Origin: Nitrospirota bacterium
GTDB taxonomy: Bacteria; JACPQY01
DNA length: 64,000 nt
Reading direction: 5' to 3'
Assembly: GCA_016180645.1 (NCBI GenBank)
Contig: JACPAV010000012.1
Location: 1-64,000, forward strand
The translations under genes and the position numbers were made by a program. The notes beneath the pieces are model-generated. The model had not been told where the DNA came from and ran no database searches. It saw only the letters and a list, made by a program, of their open reading frames with translations. Shown here piece by piece: positions 37,770 through 48,102 of this stretch. How positions within the stretch are numbered: the stretch's first letter is position 1; each line of letters starts with the position of its first letter.

Positions 37770-38745
37770 GAGACGTGTACGCCGTGGAGAGGGCCTGCCT
37801 CAGTTTTTCGTTCCATCCCGCCGACTCCATGGCAATGCATGCGGCCTGGGGGGCGATACGGCGGACGAGGCCCGTCAGGACCTGGCCTGGGCCGACTTCC
37901 AAGAAAATCTCCACGCCCGTTTCGCTCATGTGCTTGATCGTATCTTCCCATAGCACAGGCGACACGATTTGTTGAGTCAGCCGGCGGCGGGCCTCCTGAG
38001 CAAAAGAGGCGTCATCCGGCGCCGGGTGAGGACGGGCCGTAACATTCGAGTAGACCGGGATCGCAGGTTTCCGGAAGGTGAACCGCGCAAGCAGCTCCTG
38101 CATGCGGTCCGCGGCGGGCTGCATCAGGGAGCAGTGGAAGGGGGCGCTCACGGAGAGGGGAATCACCCTCTTGGCGCCCCGCCCGCGGGCTTCTTCACCC
38201 GCCTTCTTGACCGCCGCCGCCTCTCCGGCAATGACAATCTGTCCGCTCCCGTTATAGTTGGCGGGGGAGACGACGCCGTTTCCGGAGGACACACTGCGGC
38301 AAACCTCGTCCAGCGCCGCACGATCGAGTCCCAGCACGGCCGCCATGGCGCCCCGACCGGGCGGAACCGCATCCTGCATATACCGGCCACGCTCCCTCAC
38401 GCATTGGAGGGCATCGGCGAATTCCATCGCTCCGGCGGCCACGAGGGCCGAAAACTCTCCGAGACTGTGCCCTGCGCATGCGGTGGGCGTGAGGTCGAAA
38501 CTCTTTCTGAGATGCTGGAGCGCGGCCACGCTTGCCGCGAGGATGGCCGGCTGGGTATTCGCGGTGAGGGTGAGTTCCGATTCCGGCCCCTCAAACATGA
38601 GTTTAAGGAGGGCGGTGCCGAGGGCCGGATCGACCCGCTCCAGGAGGGCACGGCAGTCGGCGTCCGTGTCGTACAGCGATTTCGCCATGCCGACGTACTG
38701 GCTCCCCTGGCCGGGGAAGATGAGCGCAATTTTTCTACTTACCAT
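37759..38745 (-). CDS. fabD: Malonyl-CoA:ACP transacylase
   Basis: FPGQGSQ, GHSLGE, SAPFH, EVGPG. Confidence 0.96.
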   Translation of the reverse strand: MVSRKIALIFPGQGSQYVGMAKSLYDTDADCRALLERVDPALGTALLKLMFEGPESELTLTANTQPAILAASVAALQHLRKSFDLTPTACAGHSLGEFSALVAAGAMEFADALQCVRERGRYMQDAVPPGRGAMAAVLGLDRAALDEVCRSVSSGNGVVSPANYNGSGQIVIAGEAAAVKKAGEEARGRGAKRVIPLSVSAPFHCSLMQPAADRMQELLARFTFRKPAIPVYSNVTARPHPAPDDASFAQEARRRLTQQIVSPVLWEDTIKHMSETGVEIFLEVGPGQVLTGLVRRIAPQAACIAMESAGWNEKLRQALSTAYTSHAA

Positions 38746-39719
38746 CGGAGGGTCATCGCGCCCCACGTCAGCCCTCCGCCCATGGCCGCCAGGATCACGA
38801 CATCTCCTTCGCGCAGGCGGCCTTCTCGTGAGGCTTCATCCAAGGCGATCGGCAGGGAAGCGGCCGACGTGTTGCCGTACTTGTCGATATTCACGAACAC
38901 CTGGTCGTCCTTGAATCCGAGTCTTTCCTGAATGGATCGGATGATCCGGAGATTGGCCTGGTGAATCATCAGGAGGCGCACGGTGTCGGGCTTGAGGCCG
39001 TTGCGTTCGATCTCTTTTCGGATCGCGGCCTCGGTGGCGCGCACGGCCCACTTGAAGACCTCGGGTCCGTTCATATGGATGAACTGCTCGCGCGCTTCCA
39101 GCATTTTCAAGCTCGGCGGCCGGGCCGATCCGCCGCCGGGGATGCACAGGAAATTCCCGCCCTTGCCATCGGCGGCCAGATGGAACGACACGATTCCGCG
39201 CGACGAGCGTCCGTTCTTCGAGAGGACCGCCGCGCCCGCGCCGTCGCCGAACAGGATGCACGTTCCGCGGTCCTGCCAATCCGTCACTTTCGAGAGGAGA
39301 TCGACGCCCACCACGAGTATTTTCCCCGCGTCGGTCGACTTGAGCATCGAATCGGCGACCGAGAGGGAGTGAACGAATCCGGAGCAGGCGGCGTAGAGGT
39401 CAAAGGCGAACGCGCGGGTCGCGCCGATTTCCTTCTGGATGAGGCATGCGGTGTTGGGCATGATGGAATCCGGGGTCGTCGTGGCGACGATGATGCCGTC
39501 CAGATCCTCCGGGCGCACTTTCGCCTGATGCAACGCCGCCGTCGCCGCGCGCGCGCCGAAAATCGAGCTGGATTCCCCTTCCGCGGCAATCCGGCGCTCC
39601 CGGATGCCGGTCCGTTCGACAATCCAGGCGTCCGAGGTCTTGACCATCTTCTCGAGGTCGGCATTCGTGAGGCGTCGCTCGGGCAGGGCGCTTCCGAGGC
39701 CGGCGATGATGTTGCCCAC
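38739..39719 (-). CDS. fabH: Beta-ketoacyl-ACP synthase III
   Basis: AACSGF, FGDGAGA, HQAN, GNTSAAS. Confidence 0.96.
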   Translation of the reverse strand: MGNIIAGLGSALPERRLTNADLEKMVKTSDAWIVERTGIRERRIAAEGESSSIFGARAATAALHQAKVRPEDLDGIIVATTTPDSIMPNTACLIQKEIGATRAFAFDLYAACSGFVHSLSVADSMLKSTDAGKILVVGVDLLSKVTDWQDRGTCILFGDGAGAAVLSKNGRSSRGIVSFHLAADGKGGNFLCIPGGGSARPPSLKMLEAREQFIHMNGPEVFKWAVRATEAAIRKEIERNGLKPDTVRLLMIHQANLRIIRSIQERLGFKDDQVFVNIDKYGNTSAASLPIALDEASREGRLREGDVVILAAMGGGLTWGAMTLRW

Positions 39720-39720
39720 G

Positions 39721-40731
39721 TCAGTTCTTGACCATGTGGTGAAACACCCGTTCCATCTGGCCGATCAAGTCCTTGTGCGCCAGCTCGGAAGCGGATCGGA
39801 CGGCGTTGCGGATGGCCTTGGGCGATGAAGCGCCGTGCGAAATGATGGTGATGCCGCGCACGCCCAGAAGAGGCGCCCCGCCGTATTCGGCATAGTCGAG
39901 TCGCTTCGCAAGTTCCTTGAGATAGAGCGCTGGGACGGCCGACACCACCTTGCGGAAGGTTGATTTGGTGAGCTCCGTCTTGATGAGCGAGAGGATCATT
40001 TCCGCGAGACCTTCGCTGGCCTTTAGGATCGCATTGCCGACGAAACCGTCGCAGACGACCACGTCGACCTTACCCTTGAAAATGTCCCGCCCTTCCACGT
40101 AGCCGGTGTACCGGACGGGCGCCGCCTTCAGCGCCTCCGCCGTTTTTTGGGTTAAGTCGTTTCCCTTGGATTCCTCTTCGCCGTTCGCGAGGAGCCCCAC
40201 CGTGGGGGCCGATTTACCCAGGAGCGCCTTCATGTACGTGGCGCCCATCACGGCGAAATCCCGGAGGTGTTGCGGTTTGCAATCGACATTCGCGCCCGCG
40301 TCGATGAGGAGACAGGTGGAGTTGTTGGTCGGAACGGGGGTGGCGATGGCGGGCCGTTCGATGTCCGCGAGCCGTTTCAGGGTGAAGAGCGCACACGCCA
40401 TCACCGCGCCGGAGTTGCCCGCGCTGACGAAGGCAGAGGCTTTTCCATTCCTTACCGCTTCAAGTCCCACCACGATGGACGAACCTTTCCGACGGATGGC
40501 CTTGGCGGGGCTCTCGTCCATGGCCACCACATCGGGGGCGTCCAGAACCTCGATGGGGAGGTCGTAATAGGAGAAGCGCTTCAGCTCATGATCCACGGTG
40601 TTCTTGCGGCCTACGAGGAGCACCGGAATCTTGAGGTCGCGGGCGGCCTGAATGGCGCCGTCCACCGCGGCCATCGGCGCGTGATCGCCGCCCATCGCGT
40701 CCACCGCGACGGGAAGAATTTTCGGGGTCAA
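39721..40731 (-). CDS. plsX: Phosphate acyltransferase PlsX
   Basis: AVDAMGGD, SAGNSGA, DAGAN, CDGFVGN, YGGAPLLG. Confidence 0.96.
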   Translation of the reverse strand: MTPKILPVAVDAMGGDHAPMAAVDGAIQAARDLKIPVLLVGRKNTVDHELKRFSYYDLPIEVLDAPDVVAMDESPAKAIRRKGSSIVVGLEAVRNGKASAFVSAGNSGAVMACALFTLKRLADIERPAIATPVPTNNSTCLLIDAGANVDCKPQHLRDFAVMGATYMKALLGKSAPTVGLLANGEEESKGNDLTQKTAEALKAAPVRYTGYVEGRDIFKGKVDVVVCDGFVGNAILKASEGLAEMILSLIKTELTKSTFRKVVSAVPALYLKELAKRLDYAEYGGAPLLGVRGITIISHGASSPKAIRNAVRSASELAHKDLIGQMERVFHHMVKN

Positions 40732-40735
40732 GGGC

Positions 40736-40915
40736 CTACTTTTCCGCCGGGAAGATTTCGCGTTCCTTGTACGTTCCGCACTGGGGGCAGACCGTGTGCG
40801 GGCGCTTCACGTTTCCACACTTCGGGCATTTGGAGGAGGCCGGCACGGCCAGGCCCGTATGGGTCCGCTTCGAGAGCGTTCGGGACCGTGAATGTTTGCG
40901 CTTGGGATTTGGCAT
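40736..40915 (-). CDS. rpmF: 50S ribosomal protein L32 (zinc-binding type)
   Basis: MPNPKRKHSRSR, CPKCG...HTVCPQCG.Y. Confidence 0.95.
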   Translation of the reverse strand: MPNPKRKHSRSRTLSKRTHTGLAVPASSKCPKCGNVKRPHTVCPQCGTYKEREIFPAEK

Positions 40916-40952
40916 GTGAACTCCTGACAGTCGTGCGGAGCCTCGGACGCCC

Positions 40953-41513
40953 CTAGCGGGGGCAGCCGCAGGCTCCCGGGTTGAGGTTTGCGCCGCACCG
41001 GGGGCACAGGCCTTTGCATTCCTCACGGCAGAGGAATCGCATCGGCACGGCGAGGTTCATGTGTTCCTCGATCATCGGATCGAGGTCGATCATACCAGAA
41101 AAGTAGGCTTCCGTCCCCATCTCCTCCGCCGAGAGTTCCACGTCGGCGCGACCGGCGCCACGGCCGTGTGGAGCATTTCGATGGCCGCCCCGCCGGTGGG
41201 AGGCTCGATCGGGTTCGTCCTCCATTTCGACCACCTCCTTGCGGGGGACGCACAGAAGGTCGAACTTGTATCGGAGCGGGCAGGGGAACTCCGCCAGACA
41301 GCGCACGCAAACGGCTTGAACCGTGACAGCAAGTGATCCCCTTACGAGCACGTCTCGATGGCTTCGCTGGAGGTGGATCTCGGCTTCGAGCGGCCGGGTA
41401 AACGTGAGATCATCCACCATGCTCCGCTTCTGATGATGCTTGAGCCAGTCGACATCCATCTCGACGCGAAGTGACATGCCTTCCTGCGGTATCTGATCCA
41501 CCCTGATTTTCAT
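40953..41513 (-). CDS. yceD: YceD/DUF177 family protein
   Basis: CVRCL and LCREECKGLCPRCGANLN; upstream of rpmF. Confidence 0.92.
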   Translation of the reverse strand: MKIRVDQIPQEGMSLRVEMDVDWLKHHQKRSMVDDLTFTRPLEAEIHLQRSHRDVLVRGSLAVTVQAVCVRCLAEFPCPLRYKFDLLCVPRKEVVEMEDEPDRASHRRGGHRNAPHGRGAGRADVELSAEEMGTEAYFSGMIDLDPMIEEHMNLAVPMRFLCREECKGLCPRCGANLNPGACGCPR

Positions 41514-41580
41514 GGGATGTCGTTTGTGATTGTGCTTTGCCCGGTCTCAATATCTCGATCGGGTCCGATCGAGCGGGCGG

Positions 41581-41608
41581 ATTATCCCAATTTTCGTCCG
41601 CGTGTCAA
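41581..41608 (-). promoter_or_regulatory. Putative sigma70 promoter for yceD-rpmF-fab
   Basis: TTGACA-N16-GATAAT on the minus strand. Confidence 0.5.
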
Positions 41609-41748
41609 ACGCCCCCATGTTGCGCGGTCCCGTGCCAAGACTTCGGGCGACTCAACGGCTCCCGCGTCAGTCCCGGTCGAACCTCACATTCCACTTTAAG
41701 TTTCCCAACGCCGCAAAAGCCTCTTTATAGGCAATCGTGGGATATTAC

Positions 41749-41777
41749 TTGACAAGAAAACCACAGAATTGTATATT
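41749..41777 (+). promoter_or_regulatory. Putative sigma70 promoter of the dcw cluster
   Basis: TTGACA-N17-TATATT upstream of mraZ. Confidence 0.7.
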
Positions 41778-41823
41778 GTCCCATGAAATGGTATGAAATA
41801 CCGTACGGATCTGACGGAGGCAC

Positions 41824-42264
41824 ATGGACAGTTTCAGAGGCAGTTTCGTCCACACAATTGACTCCAAGGGACGTCTCAGTATCCCCTCAAGATTTCGGCA
41901 ACTTCTCAAGGAAGCTTATGCCGCGGACAGCCTTGTTTTGAGCCACTACGATGGGTGCCTCAGGGCCTTTCCGCTCGCCGTGTGGGAGAAGATGGAAGAC
42001 CGAAACCGCGAGAAGTTGGATCTCCTTCCGTTTGCCGATCCCGCGGCGATTCGGACGATCCGCTCCATCAATGCCAATGCGCAAGAATGCGAGGTGGACC
42101 GATTGGGCCGGATTCTCGTTTCGAGGAATCTGCGCGAAGCGGGGGACCTCAGGCAGGACGTGGTGATCGTGGGGATGACGACCTATTTCGAAATTTGGGC
42201 ACGCGAGCGCTGGTTGGCCCAGCTCGAGAAGGACCGCGAAGCGGCTGTTTCGGGTGGGGCATGA
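41824..42264 (+). CDS. mraZ: Division/cell wall cluster regulator MraZ
   Basis: Two DxxGR motifs (DSKGR, DRLGR), FEIW. Confidence 0.95.
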   Translation: MDSFRGSFVHTIDSKGRLSIPSRFRQLLKEAYAADSLVLSHYDGCLRAFPLAVWEKMEDRNREKLDLLPFADPAAIRTIRSINANAQECEVDRLGRILVSRNLREAGDLRQDVVIVGMTTYFEIWARERWLAQLEKDREAAVSGGA

Positions 42265-43187
42265 GTCCAGCGGGCCAGGCGTGGGAACACCAACCGGTGA
42301 TGGTGAACGAAGTGGTTCAGTGGATGAACCCGTCGGCGAACAAAGTGTACGTTGACGGCACGCTGGGCGACGGCGGTCACTCGGAGGCGATCCTGGAGGC
42401 CTCGTCGCCGGACGGCATTGTCGTCGGCGTGGACGTCGATGACGATGCGATCCGTTCGGCGCGGGATCGTCTCCGCCGGTTCGGTGATCGTTTTCAGACC
42501 GTGCGTGGAAACTTCCGCCGTCTGCAATCTCTCTTGCGAGAGGCGCCGGCCTTTTCGCGCGAGGAGGCGAAAGCGGATGGCATCCTCTTCGATCTGGGCG
42601 GGAGCACGCGGCAGTTCCTCTCGCCCGAACGGGGATTCAGCCTCAGCGCGGACGGGCCGCTCGACATGCGGATGGACCGCACGCTCCCGACGACGGCGGC
42701 CGATGTGGTGGCGGAGGAGCGTGAGGACCGGCTGGCCGAAATTTTCAAGGACCTGGGTGAAGAGCGGTTCGCGCGCCGGGTGGCCCGAGACCTGGTTCGT
42801 CGGCGAAGGCGAAACCCCATCAGGACTACGCGCGATCTCGCCGACTGCGTGGCGGGCGCGGTGGGGCCGCGACGCGGCCGTCTTCATCCGGCCACGAAGG
42901 TGTTCATGGCCCTCCGGATTTTCGTAAACGAGGAAATGGAAGCCCTGGAGGAGGGCCTGCGGGAGGCGATTCAAGCCCTGAAGCCGGGTGGACGATTCCT
43001 CGTGCTCACCTATCACTCGCTGGAGGACCGTCGAACGAAGCATGCTTTTCGCGATGCGAGCCGGGGAGATTCCCCGAAGTTTGTACTCTTATCCCGGAAA
43101 CCTCTCACGCCCTCCGTTCGTGAACGGCGGGAGAATCCCCGTTCGCGCAGCGCGAAGCTCCGCGGTGTGGAGGCGCTGCCGGGGTGA
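42261..43187 (+). CDS. rsmH: 16S rRNA m4C1402 methyltransferase
   Basis: HQPVM, DGTLGDGGHS, RGFS, PLDMRMD, HSLEDR, NPRSRSAKLR. Confidence 0.96.
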   Translation: MSPAGQAWEHQPVMVNEVVQWMNPSANKVYVDGTLGDGGHSEAILEASSPDGIVVGVDVDDDAIRSARDRLRRFGDRFQTVRGNFRRLQSLLREAPAFSREEAKADGILFDLGGSTRQFLSPERGFSLSADGPLDMRMDRTLPTTAADVVAEEREDRLAEIFKDLGEERFARRVARDLVRRRRRNPIRTTRDLADCVAGAVGPRRGRLHPATKVFMALRIFVNEEMEALEEGLREAIQALKPGGRFLVLTYHSLEDRRTKHAFRDASRGDSPKFVLLSRKPLTPSVRERRENPRSRSAKLRGVEALPG

Positions 43188-43456
43188 AGTTGAAACTGGC
43201 CGTCCTCGGCCTTCTCAACGCCTTTCTCCTCCTGGGCTACGTCTGGTGCCGGCTCCAGACGTATGACATCGGCTACGAGATCAGCCGGAATCTCGAAGAG
43301 CTACAGACCGCTCGCGATTCGAATTCGAGGCTGAGGCTGGAGTACTCGCGGCTGTCTTCGCCGTCGCGAATTCGCGACGAGGCTGAAAACCGATTGGGCC
43401 TGAAGCCGCTCCGGCCGGCGCAGCGTGTGGTCTTGGAGGTTCCAGTCGGTGGATGA
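43184..43456 (+). CDS. ftsL: Cell division protein FtsL
   Basis: TM helix, coiled coil and LSSPSRI...A..RLGL; between rsmH and ftsI. Confidence 0.88.
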   Translation: MKLKLAVLGLLNAFLLLGYVWCRLQTYDIGYEISRNLEELQTARDSNSRLRLEYSRLSSPSRIRDEAENRLGLKPLRPAQRVVLEVPVGG

Positions 43457-45170
43457 GCCGGTGAGATCCTGGCGCGAACGATCGTCCAGGCGATTCGCGG
43501 TCCTGACCGGAATACTGTCTCTGGCGCTCGCGGTCATCGGCGGGCGGGTATTCATGCTCGCCTATCTCACCGATCCGGAGATCGCGAACCGGGCGCGCCG
43601 GCAGCAGGGGGATGTCATTGAGCTGGCGCCGCGTCGAGGGAAGATCCTCGATCGCAACGGGACCCTCCTTGCCATCAGTCGCCAGATGGCCTCCGTGTAC
43701 GCCCATCCGAGGAAAGTTCAGAACAAAGTCGCCGCGGCGCGCCGGCTGTCGCCGTTCGTCGGCCGATCGCCGGAAGCGGTTCTTCGCGATCTGCGTCAAA
43801 ACAAGAACTTTGTCTGGATCGCCCGACAGGTGTCCCCTGCGGTCCGCGATGATCTTGAACGACGACCGATTGAGGGCGTGGGGTCATTTCCGGAGTACAA
43901 GCGGTTCTACCCCTCGGGCCCGATGGCCGCGCATGCGCTCGGCTTCGTCGGTCTCGACGGAAAGGGCCTGGAAGGGATCGAGCTCGCGTATGACACCCTC
44001 CTGAAAGGAAAATCCTCCACGCTGGTCATCACCCGCGACGGGCTGGGCAACATGATTTTCGACGGCGTGTCGGATGAGTACGAGAGCGAGGGGCAGGGCC
44101 TCGTGCTGACGATGGATCTGAACGTCCAGTCGCTCGTCGATGCCCGCCTTCAGGAGGCCGTGGATTCCTCGGGAGCCAAGCGCGGCTGGGCCGTGGCGAT
44201 GGACCCGCAGAGGGGCGAGATTCTGGCCTGGTCCACCGTTCCAAGCTTTGATCCGAACGCCTTCCGAACCCTCTCGCCTCATCAGTGGAAGAATCACCTG
44301 GTGGCCGACGCCATCGATCCCGGCTCCACCCTGAAGGCCATCGTGATGACCGCCGCGCTGGAGACCGACGCCTTCAACGAGAAGGACACCCTGTACTGTG
44401 AGAACGGCGAGTACAAGTTCTACGACCGTGTGATCCACGATTTCCACAAATATGAGAGGCTCAATTTCCTCGAGGTGTTCCAGCTTTCGAGCAACATCTG
44501 CGCCGCGAAAATCGGGGTCGATCTCGGGCGAAAGACGGTCTATGAATTTGTGAAAAAATTCGGTCTCGGCGACCGGACGGGGATCGACCTTCCCGGCGAA
44601 ATCCGGGGGTTGATCTCGCACTATTCGTCGTGGACGCCGGTGGACGTGGCGAACATTTCCTTTGGGCAGGGCCTGGCCGTGACTCCCATCCAGATCGCGG
44701 GCGTATTTTCCGCTTTTGCCAACGGTGGGCAGCTCGTTACGCCTCACCTTGCGAAGAAAGTGACCGACGCGCATGATCGATTGGTGAGGGAGATCGACTT
44801 TCCACCCGGCCGCCGGGTGGCCTCCGCTCGCACCATCGAGCGCGCCGTGCGGATTCTGGAAAGCGTGGTGACCGACAAGGGCACGGGCCGTCTCGGGATG
44901 GTCGAAGGATACCGCGCGGCCGGCAAGACGGGAACGGCGCAGAAATTGGATCCCGTGACCAAGACGTATTCGAAGGACGCCTACGTGGCCTCTTTCGTCG
45001 GATTCGCGCCGGCGGATTCGCCGCGGGTGGTTCTGCTGGTCATGCTGGACGAACCGCGAAAGATCATCTACGGCGGGGTTGTGGCGGCGCCGGTCTTCCG
45101 GGCCATCATGACGGAACTGCTCCCCTATCTGGGTGTCTACCCGAACTCGGCTGACGTCCGCACATCCTGA
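43449..45170 (+). CDS. ftsI: Class B penicillin-binding protein FtsI
   Basis: RGKILDRNG, STLK, SSN, KTGTAQ; GTG start with GGAGG RBS. Confidence 0.95.
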   Translation: MDEPVRSWRERSSRRFAVLTGILSLALAVIGGRVFMLAYLTDPEIANRARRQQGDVIELAPRRGKILDRNGTLLAISRQMASVYAHPRKVQNKVAAARRLSPFVGRSPEAVLRDLRQNKNFVWIARQVSPAVRDDLERRPIEGVGSFPEYKRFYPSGPMAAHALGFVGLDGKGLEGIELAYDTLLKGKSSTLVITRDGLGNMIFDGVSDEYESEGQGLVLTMDLNVQSLVDARLQEAVDSSGAKRGWAVAMDPQRGEILAWSTVPSFDPNAFRTLSPHQWKNHLVADAIDPGSTLKAIVMTAALETDAFNEKDTLYCENGEYKFYDRVIHDFHKYERLNFLEVFQLSSNICAAKIGVDLGRKTVYEFVKKFGLGDRTGIDLPGEIRGLISHYSSWTPVDVANISFGQGLAVTPIQIAGVFSAFANGGQLVTPHLAKKVTDAHDRLVREIDFPPGRRVASARTIERAVRILESVVTDKGTGRLGMVEGYRAAGKTGTAQKLDPVTKTYSKDAYVASFVGFAPADSPRVVLLVMLDEPRKIIYGGVVAAPVFRAIMTELLPYLGVYPNSADVRTS

Positions 45171-45177
45171 TCGACAC

Positions 45178-46656
45178 GTGAAACTCTCTGCCCTCCTCAA
45201 AGGAATCAAGCCGGTCCGGTGGAACGTGGCGCGGGACACGGAAATCCTTCACCTGACCGCGGATTCGCGGGACGTGAAGCGCGGCTCGGCCTTCATCGCC
45301 GTCCGGGGAACAAAGTCGGACGGCCATCAGTTCCTGGCTCAGGCGAGGGTGAACGGAGCGGCGGCGTGCATCGTCGAAACGGTGCCGGAAGGCGAGTTGG
45401 CCCGAAGCGTGCCTTGGGTCCTCGCTCCCAGCTCCCATGAGGCGATGATTCATGCGGCGAGAAATTTTTTCGGCGATCCGGCCTCCCAGATGACCGTGGT
45501 GGGGGTGACCGGCACGAATGGGAAAACGACGTTCACCTACCTGATGGAAGGGGTGCTGGAAAGCGCGGGAATGCCCACCGGAGTCGTAGGGACCGTGAAC
45601 TACCGGGCTCGTCGGAAGATCTGGCCCAGCAAGAACACCACACCGGGCGCGGTCGATCTCCAACGTATGCTCTCCGAAATTCTGAAAATTGGAGCCAAAC
45701 ACTGTGTCATGGAGGTCTCCTCCCACGCCCTCGACCAGAAGCGGGCGGACGGAATCGAATTCGACATCGTGGTCTTCACGAATCTGACCCAGGACCATTT
45801 GGACTATCATGCGGACATGGAAATGTATGGGAACGCGAAGCGCCGATTGTTCACCGAGCTCCTGGAATCCAGCCGGAAGAAGCGGAAGGCGGCCGTGGTG
45901 AATGTCGACAGCGCGTTCGGCGCGGCCCTCGCCCGCCAGCTCCATGGGCGGGTCGTCCGGTACGGATGGGAGACGGGTGACGTGCGGGTGTTGCAGTCGC
46001 GAGGCGATGAAAACGGAACCCAGGCCGTGGTGTCCACTCCCGAAGGCCCGGTGGAAGTTCACTCGGCGCTCGTCGGCCGTCACAATCTCTACAACATTCT
46101 TGCGGCCGTGGCCGCCGGTTGGGCGATGGGTCTGGGCCGGGAAGACATGAAGCGGGGCATTGCCCGCGTTCGCACGGTTCCGGGCCGGATGGAGAGGGTG
46201 GATCACGCCGGCCGATCCGTCTGGGTGGACTACGCCCACACGCCCGATGCCTTGAAACACGTGCTTTTGGTGACGAAAAGCATCACGCCGGGCCACGTCA
46301 CCTGCGTTTTCGGCTGCGGCGGCGACCGCGATCGCGGGAAGCGTCCTCAGATGGGAAAGATTGCATCCACGCTCGCGGATCGCGTGATCATTACTTCAGA
46401 CAATCCCCGCTCGGAGGACCCGCTCCGCATCATTGAGGAGATCAAGCGAGGAATCGAGGCCCGGCCCGAGATCGAAATCCTTCCCCTTCCCGACCGCCGG
46501 CAGGCCATCGTCGAGGCGGTGCGAGGGTGCGGTCCCGGAGACGGCATTCTCCTCGCAGGGAAAGGGCATGAGGACTATCAGATCATCCGCGACAAGAAAC
46601 TCCCCTTCAGCGATGTAGCGGTGGCGAGGGAAGCGTTGAAGGCCCATGCGTCCTGA
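45178..46656 (+). CDS. murE: UDP-MurNAc-tripeptide synthetase (meso-DAP type)
   Basis: GTNGKTT, MEVSSH, DHLDYH, DYAHTPD, DNPR, AGKGHE. Confidence 0.96.
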   Translation: MKLSALLKGIKPVRWNVARDTEILHLTADSRDVKRGSAFIAVRGTKSDGHQFLAQARVNGAAACIVETVPEGELARSVPWVLAPSSHEAMIHAARNFFGDPASQMTVVGVTGTNGKTTFTYLMEGVLESAGMPTGVVGTVNYRARRKIWPSKNTTPGAVDLQRMLSEILKIGAKHCVMEVSSHALDQKRADGIEFDIVVFTNLTQDHLDYHADMEMYGNAKRRLFTELLESSRKKRKAAVVNVDSAFGAALARQLHGRVVRYGWETGDVRVLQSRGDENGTQAVVSTPEGPVEVHSALVGRHNLYNILAAVAAGWAMGLGREDMKRGIARVRTVPGRMERVDHAGRSVWVDYAHTPDALKHVLLVTKSITPGHVTCVFGCGGDRDRGKRPQMGKIASTLADRVIITSDNPRSEDPLRIIEEIKRGIEARPEIEILPLPDRRQAIVEAVRGCGPGDGILLAGKGHEDYQIIRDKKLPFSDVAVAREALKAHAS

Positions 46657-48097
46657 GGCGGAAGCACGAACGGTGAAGTTCACGCTGAAAGACCTGATGC
46701 GCGCGACCGGAGGAATTTTCCGGGGGGGTCGCTCCACGGCCACGTTCGACGGCGTCAGCACCGATTCGCGGGATGTTCGCTCCGGCGCCCTCTTTTTTGC
46801 GCTCTCCGGCCCGCGGTTTGATGGCCACCGGTTTGTGGTTTCGGCCTTGAAATCCGGCGCCTTCGGAGCGGTGATCCGGGAGGGTGAGGCGCCCTCCCTC
46901 CGGGGCCCGGCCACGGCCGCCCGGGAGGAGAGCATTCTCGTGGAGGTCTCGAATCCTCTCGACGCCCTCGGCGACCTGGCGCAACAGGCGCGCGCTCGCT
47001 TCGCGGGGGCGGTGGTGGGAGTGACCGGCAGTAATGGCAAGACCACAACCAAGGAAATCCTCCGACTCCTTCTGGGCACCCGACTCGACGTGGGGTGCAC
47101 CTCGGGAAATTTCAACAATCAGATCGGCCTGCCCCGGACCCTCCTGGGGTTCTCCGGAGATGAAAAAGTCTGGGTCCTTGAATTGGGAATCAATCAGAGG
47201 GGCGAGATGGAACGACTGGCGGCCGTCGCATCGCCCACGATCGGGGTGATCACCGACCTTTCCGAATCGCATTTGGAAGGGCTGGAGTCCGGAGAAGGGG
47301 TCGCCGAAGAAAAGGGCAGGATGTTTTCCAGGATGGGGTCGGACGGTGTGGCGGTCGTCCCTTTTGGAAATCCGTTTGTGCCGGTTGCGCTTCGATCCTT
47401 CGCCGGACGCGCGGTGACTTTCGGGTTGGACGAGCGGGCGGACGTCCATGCGCGAAATATCCGCCGAGAGGGAATCCGAGGCGCGCGATTCGAACTGCAT
47501 TCGAGGGGGGAAAAACTGGACCTCCTCCTTCCGGGGGGGTCCACACCGGTTCTCCTCAATACGCTGGCGGCCATCGCCGCCGGCCAGGAAGCCGGATTGG
47601 AACTCGGGGACGTTGCGGCGGGGATCGAGAAATTCACACCCGTCAAAGGGCGACTGAACGTCATCGAGGGACGATGGACGATCGTGGACGACACGTACAA
47701 CGCCAATCCGGCTTCCACGATCGCGGCCCTGAAATTTCTGAAAATGGAGATGCGTCCAGGAAGGACGGTCTGCTGTTTGGGGGACATGAAAGAGCTAGGG
47801 ACGGCAAGCGAGCGATGGCACAGGGCCATCGGCCGGGAAGCGGCAACGCTGGGCTATGGCTGCATCATTGCAGTGGGGAACATGGCTTCGTGGGTTGCCG
47901 AGGGGGCCAAGGAAGGCCGCTGTCCTCCAAACAAAGTTTTTTCGTGCGGAACCGCGGACGAAGCGCTCGACGTGTTGCGGGAGCAGCTCCGCCCCGGGGA
48001 CGGCGTGCTGGTCAAGGGCAGCCGCGCCATGGCGATGGAACGAGTGGTTGAGGGGTTGAAGAAAATGGAGGAAGAGATTCGTGGATCGTCCTCCTGA
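46646..48097 (+). CDS. murF: UDP-MurNAc-pentapeptide synthetase
   Basis: GSNGKTTTK, NFNNQIG, DTYNANP, GDMKELG, KGSR. Confidence 0.96.
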   Translation: MRPEAEARTVKFTLKDLMRATGGIFRGGRSTATFDGVSTDSRDVRSGALFFALSGPRFDGHRFVVSALKSGAFGAVIREGEAPSLRGPATAAREESILVEVSNPLDALGDLAQQARARFAGAVVGVTGSNGKTTTKEILRLLLGTRLDVGCTSGNFNNQIGLPRTLLGFSGDEKVWVLELGINQRGEMERLAAVASPTIGVITDLSESHLEGLESGEGVAEEKGRMFSRMGSDGVAVVPFGNPFVPVALRSFAGRAVTFGLDERADVHARNIRREGIRGARFELHSRGEKLDLLLPGGSTPVLLNTLAAIAAGQEAGLELGDVAAGIEKFTPVKGRLNVIEGRWTIVDDTYNANPASTIAALKFLKMEMRPGRTVCCLGDMKELGTASERWHRAIGREAATLGYGCIIAVGNMASWVAEGAKEGRCPPNKVFSCGTADEALDVLREQLRPGDGVLVKGSRAMAMERVVEGLKKMEEEIRGSSS

Positions 48098-48102
48098 CCG
48101 CC

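Noticed and set aside
41690-41800. MraZ-binding GTGG repeat array
   Set aside because: Only scattered half-sites, no clean periodic array
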